Shown: one piece after another, positions 1-11,364 of the stretch
How positions within the stretch are numbered: the first letter of the stretch is position 1
How the letters are laid out: each line of letters begins with the position of its first letter
From: Psammoneis japonica
Lineage: Eukaryota
Reading direction: 5' to 3'
NCBI GenBank assembly: GCA_008632985.1
Contig: QPGO01000025.1
Location: 496,001 to 560,000, forward strand
DNA length: 64,000 nt
Translations under genes and position numbers: made by a program
Notes under the pieces: generated by a model
Databases searched by the model: none
What the model saw: only the letters and a program-made list of their open reading frames with translations
Told to the model about the DNA's origin: nothing

Positions 1-2173
1 CGGACGCCGCTGCCCCCAAGCAGAACAAGAACGCGGGTGGCAATGCGTTGAGCCGAAAGGAGCGCCAGGCTGAGGCCAAGCAAATGCGCGAAAAGTACAT
101 TCAGATGCGTCAGAAGGGTGTCGACGAGGTTAGCAACACGAAAGAAGCAGCAGAGCTGAGAGACTACCGTCTCCGTCAGAAGAAACGCAAGGGTCTTATT
201 CGCAAACGCGATGTCAGTCTGGCGTCTGTGCTCTTTCCTGGTGTGTCTGCTGTAGAGTATCCCGACAATGAGGAAGTCATGGTGGTGGCGGACTTGGTGG
301 AGTCTAGAAAGACCCAAGTTCCCTATGAATTTTATGATCTTCCGACATGCGATATGCCAAAGCTTACTCCCGCCCGAAAGAAACTTCTTCATCGCAAGAA
401 CCTCGGAGCTCGTCTTCAGGGACACGATCTCAAACCAGCTCCTTTCGTGCTCAACGTCAAGCAAAGCCATGGCTGCAGACCTCTCTGTGAAATTACTCTA
501 AGCAAGAAAGACCTGTCTTGGATGAGAAAATTGGTCGAACGCCAGTACCGTGTGCAACTTAATTTGGATCAGCTTCCCGTTCTGATGCGAAGCAAAGAGC
601 TCAACTACGCGGCTCGTGGCTACCCGGTTGGGTTTAAGGCTCCACCCTCGCTTACCGGACTTAAGACAAGCGAGATCTACCTTTATAATCACCTCAAGTT
701 CACTGTTACCTACCGCGAAGACGCTTCCGAGTTTGATGGTGTTCGAATCACAGGCTTTGACGTTCATCCCGTTTCAGTGGAGCACCCCAAGCAAGGAGGC
801 AAACTTGCCTGCAGCGCTGAATCTGATATCGTAAACGTTGCCAATTCCTACCTTGCACTTCGTGCTGGAAAGGAGGGTGACGCTATCAACGTTTTATACA
901 CTTACGAAGTCAAGTGGGAACCAAGCGACCTTCCCTGGTCTGACCGTTGGGATGTCTACCTGATTGGAGGCCCTGATGACGATAGTAAGTTTTCCTGTGG
1001 TATCTATAAAACCGTGTTCCCCACGTCTTCGCATACTCACGATAAATGCCTGCTTGCTCTTATTCTCCTTGCAGTTCACTACTTTGCCATCGTCAATTCG
1101 CTCATGATTGTGCTCTTTTTGACCGGAGCGATTGCCACGATTATGATTCGCACCCTCCGCAAGGACATTGCTGGATACAATGAAATGCAGACCCTCGAAG
1201 AAGCGCAGGATGAAACTGGATGGAAGCTCGTTCATGGGGATGTGTTTCGGCCTCCTCAGACCAGTCCCATGCTGTTGAGCGTTGCTGTAGGCACTGGCAC
1301 TCAGATTGGTGTTGCTTCTTCCTTGCCATGATGTGCGCTATTTTGGGACTCCTCAACCCAATGAAGAAGGGTCAAACTCTGACTGCTATTCTCATGCTGT
1401 ACGTCTTTAGTGGTGGTGTCGCCGGATACGTTTCTGCTCGGCTCTACAAATTCTGCGAAGCGACGGCATGGAAAAGAAACGCCATTATGACAGCCGCGGC
1501 GTTGCCTGCAATTTTGGTGGCAATGTTTTCGGTCTTGAATGTGTTTTTGTCATTTGTGGGCGCTGCAACTGCAGTCTCCTTTTTGACTATTCTGGCTCTC
1601 TTTTCCCTCTGGGTGTGCGTGGCAACCCCGCTGGTTTTTGTTGGCAGCTACTTTGGACTACGTGCCAAGAGCATTGAGACGCCCACAAAGACAAACCAGA
1701 TCGCCCGTGTCGTCCCACCGTTGCCCTGGCACGTCCATCCCTTAGTCACTGCCCTGTGTGGTGGTATCCTTCCTTTCGGCTCTGTCTGCATCGAATTGGC
1801 TTTCATTATGAGTGCGCTTTGGTTGCATCAGATTTACTACGTGATGGGCTTCTTATTGGCCGTCCTTCTCATTTTGACTGCTACCTGCGCACAAGTATCG
1901 GTGGTGATGTGTTACCTTAATCTCTGCGCTGAGGATCATCGGTGGTGGTGGAAGTCGTTCTTTAATACGGCTTCGGCTGGCTTTTACATGTTCCTCTACT
2001 CCCTTTGGTTCTTGTCGTCCAGGCTCGATTTGGTTGGCATCCTCCCTGTCGTTGTGTACTTGACGTACATGTCCATGATCTCCATCTGCTTTGGTCTTTT
2101 CTGTGGTGGTGTCGGGGTGCTTTCCAGTTTCACCTTTACCCGAATCATCTACGGGGCCGTGAAGGTCGACTAG
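1..2173 (+). CDS. Transmembrane 9 superfamily (TM9SF/EMP70) protein, copy 1; 5' end probably outside the window; intron 985-1074; apparent 1-nt frameshift near 1320
   Basis: ORFs 48-1331 and 1220-2173 contain TM9SF motifs (YLYNHLKF, WSDRWDVYL, HYFAIVNSL, ETGWKLVHGDVFRPP, GGILPFG, EDHRWWW, C-terminal KVD). GTAAGT...CAG intron. Confidence 0.93.
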
Positions 2174-2823
2174 TCGTATATAATTCTAGCTTTGGTTGTG
2201 TCGTTCCCCTTTTGGTGATCTAGTAGTTTCGGATTCTGAATTACCCCTTGTAGTTCACCTTATGTCAGGGAAGTTGCCACTCGAGTGTCATTATTGTCCT
2301 ATGGTACGGTAATTCTACTGTCATTGTTCAAGCAATAAGTTTCGTGTGTTAAAAGTTTTGTACCCCGTCTCTTCCCCTCTAGAGGCATGACTCGATATTC
2401 ATCCCCCCCAAAAGCATGCTTCCCTTCGTCATTCTACCCCAAACTCATGACGAGATGATATTCCCCCGACAAGCATGCTTTCTTTCTTCTCCCACGCTCA
2501 CGAGATACCTTTGTCTCTCGGTGGTTGCCCCATTCTTGTAGAAGCCTTCGCCCCGATTGCAAAGGCAACGTTCAAGAAACAAGCTTCTTGTGTCCCAAGT
2601 TCTGTAACCCATCCCTTCGTCAATCGTCCCCTATTCATGACGTGTTATTCATTTCCCCAATAAAATGCTCCCCATTCGTCCTTCTCCCCTAGTAGATATT
2701 CTACGCCCCTGAGATATCTTTTCCCCAAGTTCCGCATTCGCGAATAATGCAATCATAGCACCGATGAGAACAGCTTAGTCTCCCCATGGTCGCTACTAAA
2801 ATATGTCCCATTGGAGCAGAAGC

Positions 2824-3064
2824 AGCAGCTTCATACTCTACATGATGTTTCCCTATTCGACAGAGCTTTGTCGTTCGTAGACTTCCACGTTTCCCACGTT
2901 GATCAATCTCCCATCAAAGTCAGCGAAAGGTGCACCGCATGCTAGCAGCTTCATACTCTACATGAAGTTTCCCTAGTCGACAGAGCTTTGTCGTTCGTAG
3001 ACTTCCACGTTTCCCACGTTGATCAATCTCCCATCAAAGTCAGCGAAAGGTGCACCGCATGCTA
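2824..3064. repeat. 120-bp tandem duplication of the 3' end and 3' UTR of the FG-GAP gene
   Basis: 2824-2943 and 2944-3063 are identical except at 2846/2966 and 2856/2976. Confidence 0.95.
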
Positions 3065-5219
3065 CGCGATCACCTGCATCTGAAAGAGAAACTGACCATC
3101 CAAACCTGTCCCCAATTGCCGTTCCGGTAATCTCTCGCTCCACCAGACTCCAAGACTCAGTTTCGTCGATATAATCAAAAATCTTCACCTTGCCAGCGTC
3201 TCGATCTACGCCGTCGTTGAGTGGACTTCCGACCGCCAAACCTTTTCCATTGAAGGATAGCGAGATTGAAAAACCAAAACCATCAAAGTTGTTATCCCCG
3301 ATTATATCTTCTCCCATCTGCACCCAGGTGTCGTCGTCGTTGTACTGAAACACCCTCACATACCCCGGATTCGTGTTTTGGTTCGCACCGACCGCAACGA
3401 TGGACCCATCATCGCTGCAGGCAACACTATGGCCAAATCGGTCTTCAGCGGCCGTGCCATAAATCGATTGGCCGACTTGTACCCATTCTGTGCCCTCCAG
3501 GCCCAGAATTTTTACCTGACCTGTGAAATCCCCGGTCCCTCCACTAATTGAATCGCTGCCCGGAGCTCCCGAAACCAAGCGTTGTCCATTGGCGCACGAG
3601 GCGACTGACCATCCAAATTGACTTAATGCTGCGTCACCTTCGATAGCACTGCCAAGCTGAGACCAGGTTGAGGCGTCTGTGGACGTAAAGGCACGAACCA
3701 TTCCTTTGTTTTCAGCGTCAGGACCATCACTTGTGGGTGCCCCAACTATAAGAATGTCGCCACTCGGAGAGAGAGCAACGGAGCTACCAAATCTCCCGTC
3801 AGTAGTTTCATTACCCAAGAGCTCACTTCCCACGACACTCCAATTGTCCGATGTTTCTTCATAGACAATTACATGTCCTCTGCCGTTTTGCCAGAATGGC
3901 GCACCAATGGCAACTTTGGAATTGTCTTTCGACAGAGAAATAGAACTACCAGCCCTTGCTTCGGGTCCTGGACCGTCGACCTGAAATACCGCAACCCATT
4001 CAGTGCCGGTCCAATCCACGATTTGAGATTGACCGACATTGCGTTGAGATGCGCCTTCATTCCACCCAGGGGCGCCCACTGCAACACGATTTCCGTTCGA
4101 AGCCAAAGATACCACATTGCCGAACTCGACATTATCATCGATCGACCCTACGATAGAATCTCCGACGATAATCCAATCATTATCGTCCGGAGGGTCGGTT
4201 GATGAGGACGAATCCCTGGATACCACCACCACTACGACGACGACTACAATCACGACAAGGACCACAACAAGACCAATCTTAAGCAGACGCCCCCGCAACC
4301 CAGACGTCGCTTGAGGCTCAGGTAAGACATCAAGTACTATTGCCTCGTCTCCTTCTTGTCCTTCAGCTCTCAGTTGACCACGGTTAGAAAGAACACCGAT
4401 GATTGGGCCTTGGTTGCTAGGTACGTCCTGGGGAGGCAGATTCAATTCCTCCGAAGAATCCTCCTGGGACATTTGTTCTTCATCTTCTTCAAAATCAGAC
4501 TCCCACCCCGCAGTCACGTCTGTTCCAATCCCTCCAACAGCAAAGGCCCCAGGCATCCCTACAGGAATACCAACTTCCGCCTCAATCTCTTCTTCATCCG
4601 TAGAAGTGGTTTGGGCGCTCGCTTTTGTGACAGAACCGCTGGTTCCACGTCTCTGTAGATCAGGAGCATCAAGGCCTCCTTGCTCCATCAGCTGATGCTT
4701 GTCATCAGTCCCAAGCGTGCTAGTTCGAGGCGTTATGGTTGCAAGAGATTCCGGTGGCGGCTTTTGGATCCCCATTTTCTCATTGTGCTCCCGTTCGGCA
4801 AGAGATTCTGCTACAACTTCTGATATCGCCTCCTGGTGAGCATCACTCTCCGATTGATGTGGCCGTCTCGTCACTTCCTCTTGTCGATAATCTTCTTCTT
4901 CTTCGTGATCACTGGCAGCAGAGGAAGCTATCGATAGGGTTCTTGTCATGGGAATTCCCGATTCAGCCACAAGAGCACTTGGTAAACCGACCGCAATAAC
5001 TCTACTCGAGCTAGTTCGTAGCTCACCCCCCTCTTGATACGATTCTTCACTCGAGACTTCATCGTCATAAAGGTCTTCGTCTTCGGCGAGCTCCTCAGAC
5101 GACGAGTCTGTTGGTCCTTCATATCTGTAGCCGGCGGACTGCTCCTCGTCCTCGTCCGTCTGAATCTCGGCCTCCTCGTTTACCAACGAAGGTGTTGATA
5201 TGGAGCTGTCTTCTTCCAT
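2973..5219 (-). CDS. Type II membrane protein with FG-GAP (integrin-alpha-like beta-propeller) repeats
   Basis: 748 aa with an acidic N-terminus, a PGAFAV motif, a poly-Val TM helix and repeated FG.SV.LS..G..VAVGAP units. Confidence 0.88.
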   Translation of the reverse strand: MEEDSSISTPSLVNEEAEIQTDEDEEQSAGYRYEGPTDSSSEELAEDEDLYDDEVSSEESYQEGGELRTSSSRVIAVGLPSALVAESGIPMTRTLSIASSAASDHEEEEDYRQEEVTRRPHQSESDAHQEAISEVVAESLAEREHNEKMGIQKPPPESLATITPRTSTLGTDDKHQLMEQGGLDAPDLQRRGTSGSVTKASAQTTSTDEEEIEAEVGIPVGMPGAFAVGGIGTDVTAGWESDFEEDEEQMSQEDSSEELNLPPQDVPSNQGPIIGVLSNRGQLRAEGQEGDEAIVLDVLPEPQATSGLRGRLLKIGLVVVLVVIVVVVVVVVVSRDSSSSTDPPDDNDWIIVGDSIVGSIDDNVEFGNVVSLASNGNRVAVGAPGWNEGASQRNVGQSQIVDWTGTEWVAVFQVDGPGPEARAGSSISLSKDNSKVAIGAPFWQNGRGHVIVYEETSDNWSVVGSELLGNETTDGRFGSSVALSPSGDILIVGAPTSDGPDAENKGMVRAFTSTDASTWSQLGSAIEGDAALSQFGWSVASCANGQRLVSGAPGSDSISGGTGDFTGQVKILGLEGTEWVQVGQSIYGTAAEDRFGHSVACSDDGSIVAVGANQNTNPGYVRVFQYNDDDTWVQMGEDIIGDNNFDGFGFSISLSFNGKGLAVGSPLNDGVDRDAGKVKIFDYIDETESWSLVEREITGTAIGDRFGWSVSLSDAGDRVACGAPFADFDGRLINVGNVEVYERQSSVD

Positions 5220-6059
5220 GTTTGACTCACAAAGTGAGCATCGTTATTTGAAGAATCCTGTCTTGTTTGTTCCTGGGCAGTGGTCTCTCTGTGTTGATCG
5301 CGTTTGGATAGGTCGTCGTGTGGTGATCACAGCAACGGCCACTTCTTGTCGGCGGCGGCACCCTCTCCTTTTTGTCAAAAAATGAAACGTCCTGTGCCAG
5401 TTTTATTTGTCTTCGTTCTCATAAAACCTTGGGTATGCTCGCGCTTCTTTTCTTCTCCAGCAAAGCAAAAAGTGCCGGCAAGAGCGAGAGTGTGTTGCGA
5501 AAAGCCAACGAATGGACACACGACACACGACACCCAGGAGGTGAATGAACAGGAACCGACGAAAAAATCAAAAAAATGTCATCCTGCAGAAAGCAGGGGC
5601 TGAATGCTTATTGGTTGGACTCATTGTCTTGTCATATTTATATTTAAGCCTGTATGTTGATAAAAAACGACCATAAATAATAATTACACTCGCTTTAATG
5701 CCTTATAGCAATAATTTATTAAAGTATCTTATAAACATTAAATGAAACTATTGCCCTTTGCGTTGTTCAATATACGCAGATTGAATATCCACATATTACA
5801 ATACGAGGCTCACGTAGAAGTCGCGTACGTAAATTTTTGGTGTAAAATGCCTTTGCGCGCTCTCTCACAAAGTCACATGCAGAACAGAATGATTGCGAAA
5901 ATTTTAGTACCAGACGATACGTAGAATCTACACGGGTGACGATGCCAGGTTTGAATGACCAGGATTTAGCATTTAGAAAAGCGCGCATATCGGTTGAGGG
6001 AAAGTATTGCAGCCAGGCACTTGCTGTGTGACTTTTGTACCGGCATTGAGTCGTCGACA

Positions 6060-8393
6060 ATGACGCCTCGGCATCGCGGCATCATGAGCTTACCAAGGAT
6101 GTCATCACTTCTTGTAGTGGTCTTGCTGTTGGGAGTGGACCTTACAGCAGGCAAGAAAGCGACTTGGAACGAGCGTAAGGAGCTTGCCAAAAAGCAAAAG
6201 GAGAAATTCCTGGCGCTCCGCGAGCAGGGTGTGGTGGACGAGGTTAGTCATACAGAGGAAGCCGCGGCTGTCCGAGCGTATCAGCTCCGTAAGAAGAAGC
6301 GCAAGGGCTTATTACGTCGTGAAGCTGACTTGGCGTCAGTGTTGTTTCCGGGAGTGTCGCCAGAGCACTACAAGAGCGGCGAGGAAGTGCTCATGTACAC
6401 GGACTTGGTGAATTCCAAGAAAACTCAAGTTCCCTTTGAATTCTACGACTTATCGACTTGCGACCCTCCCGATGTCAGTTTTAAGAAAGTGCGTAAGAAC
6501 TGGGTGCACGCTTGCAGGGTCATGACCTCAAACCGGCGCCATACACCATGAATGTGAAGAAGAATCAGGCCTGCAAAGTCTTGTGTCAACTGAACATCAG
6601 CGGAAAGAAACTCCGCTGGATGAGAAAATTGGTCGAGCGTCAGTACCGTATTAATCTCAGTTTTGATCAGCTTCCTGTTCTCATGAGGAGCAAGGAACTC
6701 AATTACGCCGTTCGTGGCTATCCTGTGGGATTCAAGGTACGACTTACTTGCGAAATTCTCGGAGCGCTGTCCTGACTTTTATCTTTCTAACGTTTTGCAT
6801 CGTTGTTCTTCTCGTGTCCCCTTGCTTTATGAAGGCACCTCCCTCCTACACTGGACTCAAAAACGACGAGTATTACCTTTACAACCACTTGAAATTCACC
6901 GTGACTTACCGCGAAGAACCGAGCGAGTTTGATGACATTCGCATCACTGGATTTGATGTGTATCCTGTTTCGATTGAGCACAAGTCTGACGGTGAAGAGG
7001 TTGAAACATGCAGCGACGATCCGGACGATCGTGTCGAAAACGATCCAAACACTTATCTTGCTCTTCGGACGGGTCCTGCCGGTGAACCTTTGGAAGTGCT
7101 GTATTCTTACGAAGTGGAATGGGTGCAGAGTGAACTACCGTGGTCGGACCGATGGGATGTATATTTGATTGGAAGCCCAGACGACGACAGTGAGTTTTCT
7201 TCCCGGCTTTATTTGCGAGGCGTTCTCTTGGTATATGCCACGCGTGTTCCTCGTCTCACCACTGTTTCTCATGCTTCTGTCTTTTTATTGCAGTTCACTT
7301 CTTCGCCATTGTGAATTCTCTCATGATTGTCCTCTTTTTGACTGGAGCTATTGCTACAATTATGATTCGCACCCTCCGTAAGGATATTGCGGGTTACAAT
7401 GAAATGCAGACACTCGAGGAGGCTCAGGAAGAGACTGGCTGGAAACTGGTTCACGGTGATGTCTTTCGTCCTCCGCAACAAAACAGCATGCTCTTGAGTG
7501 TCGCCGTTGGAACCGGCGCTCAGATTGGAACCGCGTTTTTCTCGGCCATGATGTGTGCCATTTTGGGACTCCTCAACCCCATGAAAAAGGGTCAGACCTT
7601 AACCGCAATCATTGTCTTGTACGTTCTTTGCGGCAGTGTCGCCGGATATGTGTCGTCCCGTCTCTACAAGTATTGCGATGCCAAGGCTTGGAAGCGAAAC
7701 ACAATCTTGACAGCCACGGCCTTGCCGGGTGTGTTTGTGTCCATCTTTATGGTGTTGAATGTCTTTCTCTCGATTGCCGGTGCCGCGACAGCCGTGTCCT
7801 TTTTGACTATTGTGGCTCTCTTTGCTCTATGGGTCTGCGTCTCGACGCCGCTCGTATTTGTCGGGAGTTACTTTGGCTTTAGGGCCAACAAGTTTGAAGT
7901 TCCCACCAAGACGAACCAGATTGCGCGTTATATCCCGGAGCAGGCGTGGTTCTCCAAGCCACCCGTTTCGTACTTGCTGGGAGGCATTTTGCCATTTGGA
8001 TCCGTGTGCATTGAACTGTTCTTCATCATGAGCGCGCTGTGGTTGCACCAGATTTATTACGTGATGGGATTTCTCTTGGTGGTAATGTTGATTTTGACTG
8101 CCACGTGCGCCGAAGTATCCGTCGTCATGTGCTACCTCCAGCTCTGTTCGGAGAACCACAATTGGTGGTGGAATTCCTTCTTTAATTGCGCCTCGGCGGG
8201 AGTTTATCTCTTTTTCTACAGTCTATGGTTTTTGGCTTGGCGTTTGGATTTGGTCGGATTTTTGCCCATTGTGGTTTATCTGACCTACATGGCCATGATT
8301 GCGACGTGTTATGGAATCTTTTGTGGCGCGGTTGGAGTCATTTCGAGTTTTGTCTTCAACAAGACCATCTATGGAGCCGTCAAGGTGGATTAG
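6060..8393 (+). CDS. TM9SF/EMP70 protein, copy 2; introns 6737-6834 and 7190-7293; apparent 1-nt frameshift near 6500
   Basis: Signal peptide, then sequence colinear with and highly similar to copy 1 (ORFs 5994-6551, 6512-6775, 6748-7314, 7311-8393). GT-AG introns. Confidence 0.93.
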
Positions 8394-8492
8394 TCTTTTC
8401 AATTTGATATGGCAATCGGGAAAAGAGAATAATGTACTCTAGTTGTTATCATTGTATTTCTTCTTGTCTAAAATGTCAATGTAGCGTGGAGC

Positions 8493-9089
8493 TCATGTTG
8501 GTTTCATGATTATATTCTCGTCACTTGCATCAGGACAGTCGACAATGCCGTCATTCACTCGTGATGTAAACAACAACGCAGATCCATCACGACACTGAAA
8601 CATGCGCTTTTGAACCAATACATGAGAACAAGCTGACGTCTTTGGCTCGTCGCTTCCATCTTTACAATCGCAATAATCATCATTCAAGACTCCACGTCGC
8701 CGCCCATTGTCGCAAGTCACGTATTGTCGTGTATCCAGTTTGGGGCGAGGAGGTACTACTTTTCTCGCGGCATCGTGTCGGTCTTGATGGTAATGCACCC
8801 CGTCGTCTAATTTCGGTTTCTTGTGGCGATGAACACGGTTCTTGTGCGAAAACAAGAGATTTGACAGTGGAAATAAATGGCTTGTACGCCACACAACAAA
8901 CACAGCAAAGGGGAGAAAAAGCAAGCAGATCCATGGAAAAAGTACATTGTAGTACCGTCGTCTTGTTGCTCCAAATCGTCGTGCATGTCTCGTCTGCGAA
9001 GCATAAAGAGGCAATACAGTCGAGTCTGGATCTGATAATGCAGCACCTCTCATTCTGCGTTGTCGAAGTGCCGACGTGACTTTTGCCAT
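8493..9089 (-). CDS. Small membrane protein with a glucosidase II beta subunit (PRKCSH) N-terminal LDLa-like domain
   Basis: LNDDYCDCKDGSDEPKTSAC and SRVNDGIVDCPDASDE motifs after a TM helix. Confidence 0.8.
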   Translation of the reverse strand: MAKVTSALRQRRMRGAALSDPDSTVLPLYASQTRHARRFGATRRRYYNVLFPWICLLFLPFAVFVVWRTSHLFPLSNLLFSHKNRVHRHKKPKLDDGVHYHQDRHDAARKVVPPRPKLDTRQYVTCDNGRRRGVLNDDYCDCKDGSDEPKTSACSHVLVQKRMFQCRDGSALLFTSRVNDGIVDCPDASDENIIMKPT

Positions 9090-9303
9090 GGTCAAATCTG
9101 TCGAATCTGAAACTAAAAAATGATGAATCGACTTTTGATTTTTTGTCGCCGGCTGTCCTTCGTCCGAAAAGATCGCCAATTGCGCGACTCACTCCTCCTC
9201 ACGCCGACTGTTTTGAGAATTTCCATTTTCGATTTTTTGAGTGTCAAAAAGTCATTGCGCTTGTTGTTCAAAGCTTTCTTCTTGTTGTTGTTGCAGAAAG
9301 ACC

Positions 9304-10904
9304 ATGGCACCAACGAAAGCGACTTCTGATGATCCCGCAGTCATGGACAAGTCAAATCGTATCTGTGACTCTGTCTTGGACGTGATTGGCGAAACGCCTC
9401 TGGTAAAACTCAATCGTGTGGCCGCATCACTGGAATGCGAAATGTGTGTCAAGTGCGAATTCTTCAACGCCGGTGGATCCGTCAAGGACCGAATTGGAAA
9501 ACGCATGGTGGAGGATGCAGAAAAGCAGGGAATCATCAAACCGGGCGACACGCTGATTGAACCCACTTCTGGAAACACGGGTATTGGTCTCGCGCTATGT
9601 GCAGCCACAAAGGGTTATCGCTGCATCATTACCATGCCTGAGAAAATGTCGAAAGAAAAAGTAGACGTGTTGAAAGCCTTGGGTGCAGAGATTGTCAGGA
9701 CTCCCACAGAGGCTGCGTACGATGCGCCCGATTCGCATATTTCTGTAGCAAAGCGACTGCAGAAGGAGATTCCTAATTCACACATTCTGGATCAGTACTC
9801 GAATCCATCCAATCCAATGGCTCACTATGACGGCACTGCAGAAGAAATCATTCGCCAGACGGGTGGAAAGATTGACATGCTGGTGGCGGGTGCCGGTACG
9901 GGTGGGACCATTACAGGCATTGCCAAAAAACTTAAAGAGCACAACCCGCACTGTATAGTGGTCGGGGTGGATCCTGAGGGATCCATTCTGGCCCAACCAG
10001 AAAACCTAAATGACGCTCATCGCCTGGAACCCTACCAAGTCGAAGGCATTGGCTATGACTTTATTCCAAACGTTCTGGACCGGAGTGTAGTGGATCAGTG
10101 GTACAAGTCCAACGACAGTGAATCGCTTGTCATGATGCGCCGATTGATTCGTGACGAGGGATTGCTCTGTGGCGGCAGCTGCGGTGCAGCCGTCAGCTGT
10201 GCTCTCAAGGCGGCAGCCTCGTTGAAGAAGGGACAACGCTGCGTTGTCATTTTGCCCGACTCGGTTCGGAATTACATGACCAAGGCGCTGTCGGACGAAT
10301 GGATGTTGGATCACGGATATGTCGATGGCGACGTTATTACGCCCAAGCACCATTCGGCGTGGTGGACCAACAAGCGTGTCTGTGACTTGCCACTCAATAC
10401 GCCACTCACCATTACGAGTGATGTCACCTGCAAGGACGCCATTGCACTCCTCAAGGAAGAAGGTTTCGACATGGTTCCCGTCCTGTCGCAGGACGGATCG
10501 GTGGTGGGTGTAGTGACGGAAGGAAACATGAGTCAACGTTTGCTTAGTGGTCGGGCGATCCCCAACAGTTCCGTGGAGGATGCGGGTGTGATCTACAAGA
10601 CCTTTCGCAAATTCAACGTCAATGATACTCTTGCCGATCTAGCTCATGCCTGGATATTGAGCCTTTTGTATTGATTGTTACGGAACAGCGTTGCTTCTCG
10701 TCCGCGAGTAGAAGGAGAAAAATGTCCAACGCAAGTGACGACCGCTCAAGGGATGATGGTTCCGTCACCACTGCCGAGTCAGCGTCACCGCAGCCACCGT
10801 CACGTGTTGTGACGAGAAGTGTGGTGAGTGGCATAGTCACCCGCATCGACTTGTTGGACTACGTGTCGAGTGGTAGCAACACTGCGGAGCAAAACGGAAT
10901 TTAG
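9304..10904 (+). CDS. CBS: Cystathionine beta-synthase with C-terminal CBS domains; apparent 1-nt frameshift near 10650
   Basis: [55 protein letters not shown]. Continues in ORF 10671-10904 ending [12 protein letters not shown]. Confidence 0.93.
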
Positions 10905-11364
10905 TGGGAGTGAGTCATGCTGTGCAACAGAAGGTTGATTGGAAAACGAATGGAAGCAACGTGCAGCAATGAGGAATTAACAGGAAATGATAGTCACGTC
11001 GGATAACAGAAGGTTACGTAGGGAATAAATACAGTAAGCAGGCATGCATTATTTATTGTTTATGAGAAGACCCGAAGCTTGACTCGAGATGCCACCTGTC
11101 AATAAAGCGACTTCAAGTTTATTATTCCGTGCAATCTTACAACCCTGACTCGGTATTCCGAGCGGATGATGCTAGTCTATCTGTACAGAAGAAGGATACA
11201 AGCAAACTCCGTGAAGAAGCACGCTAACATTCACAGAAAGGGATGTTGTGCTCGGTATGCAGTACTATGCTCAATAGACGCCGGAGCGTCATGCTTACGC
11301 CATGCTTTTAATGCATGATCGTTGTCGACAATACAAACCCAGTAGTAATCCATAGGCTATATCG

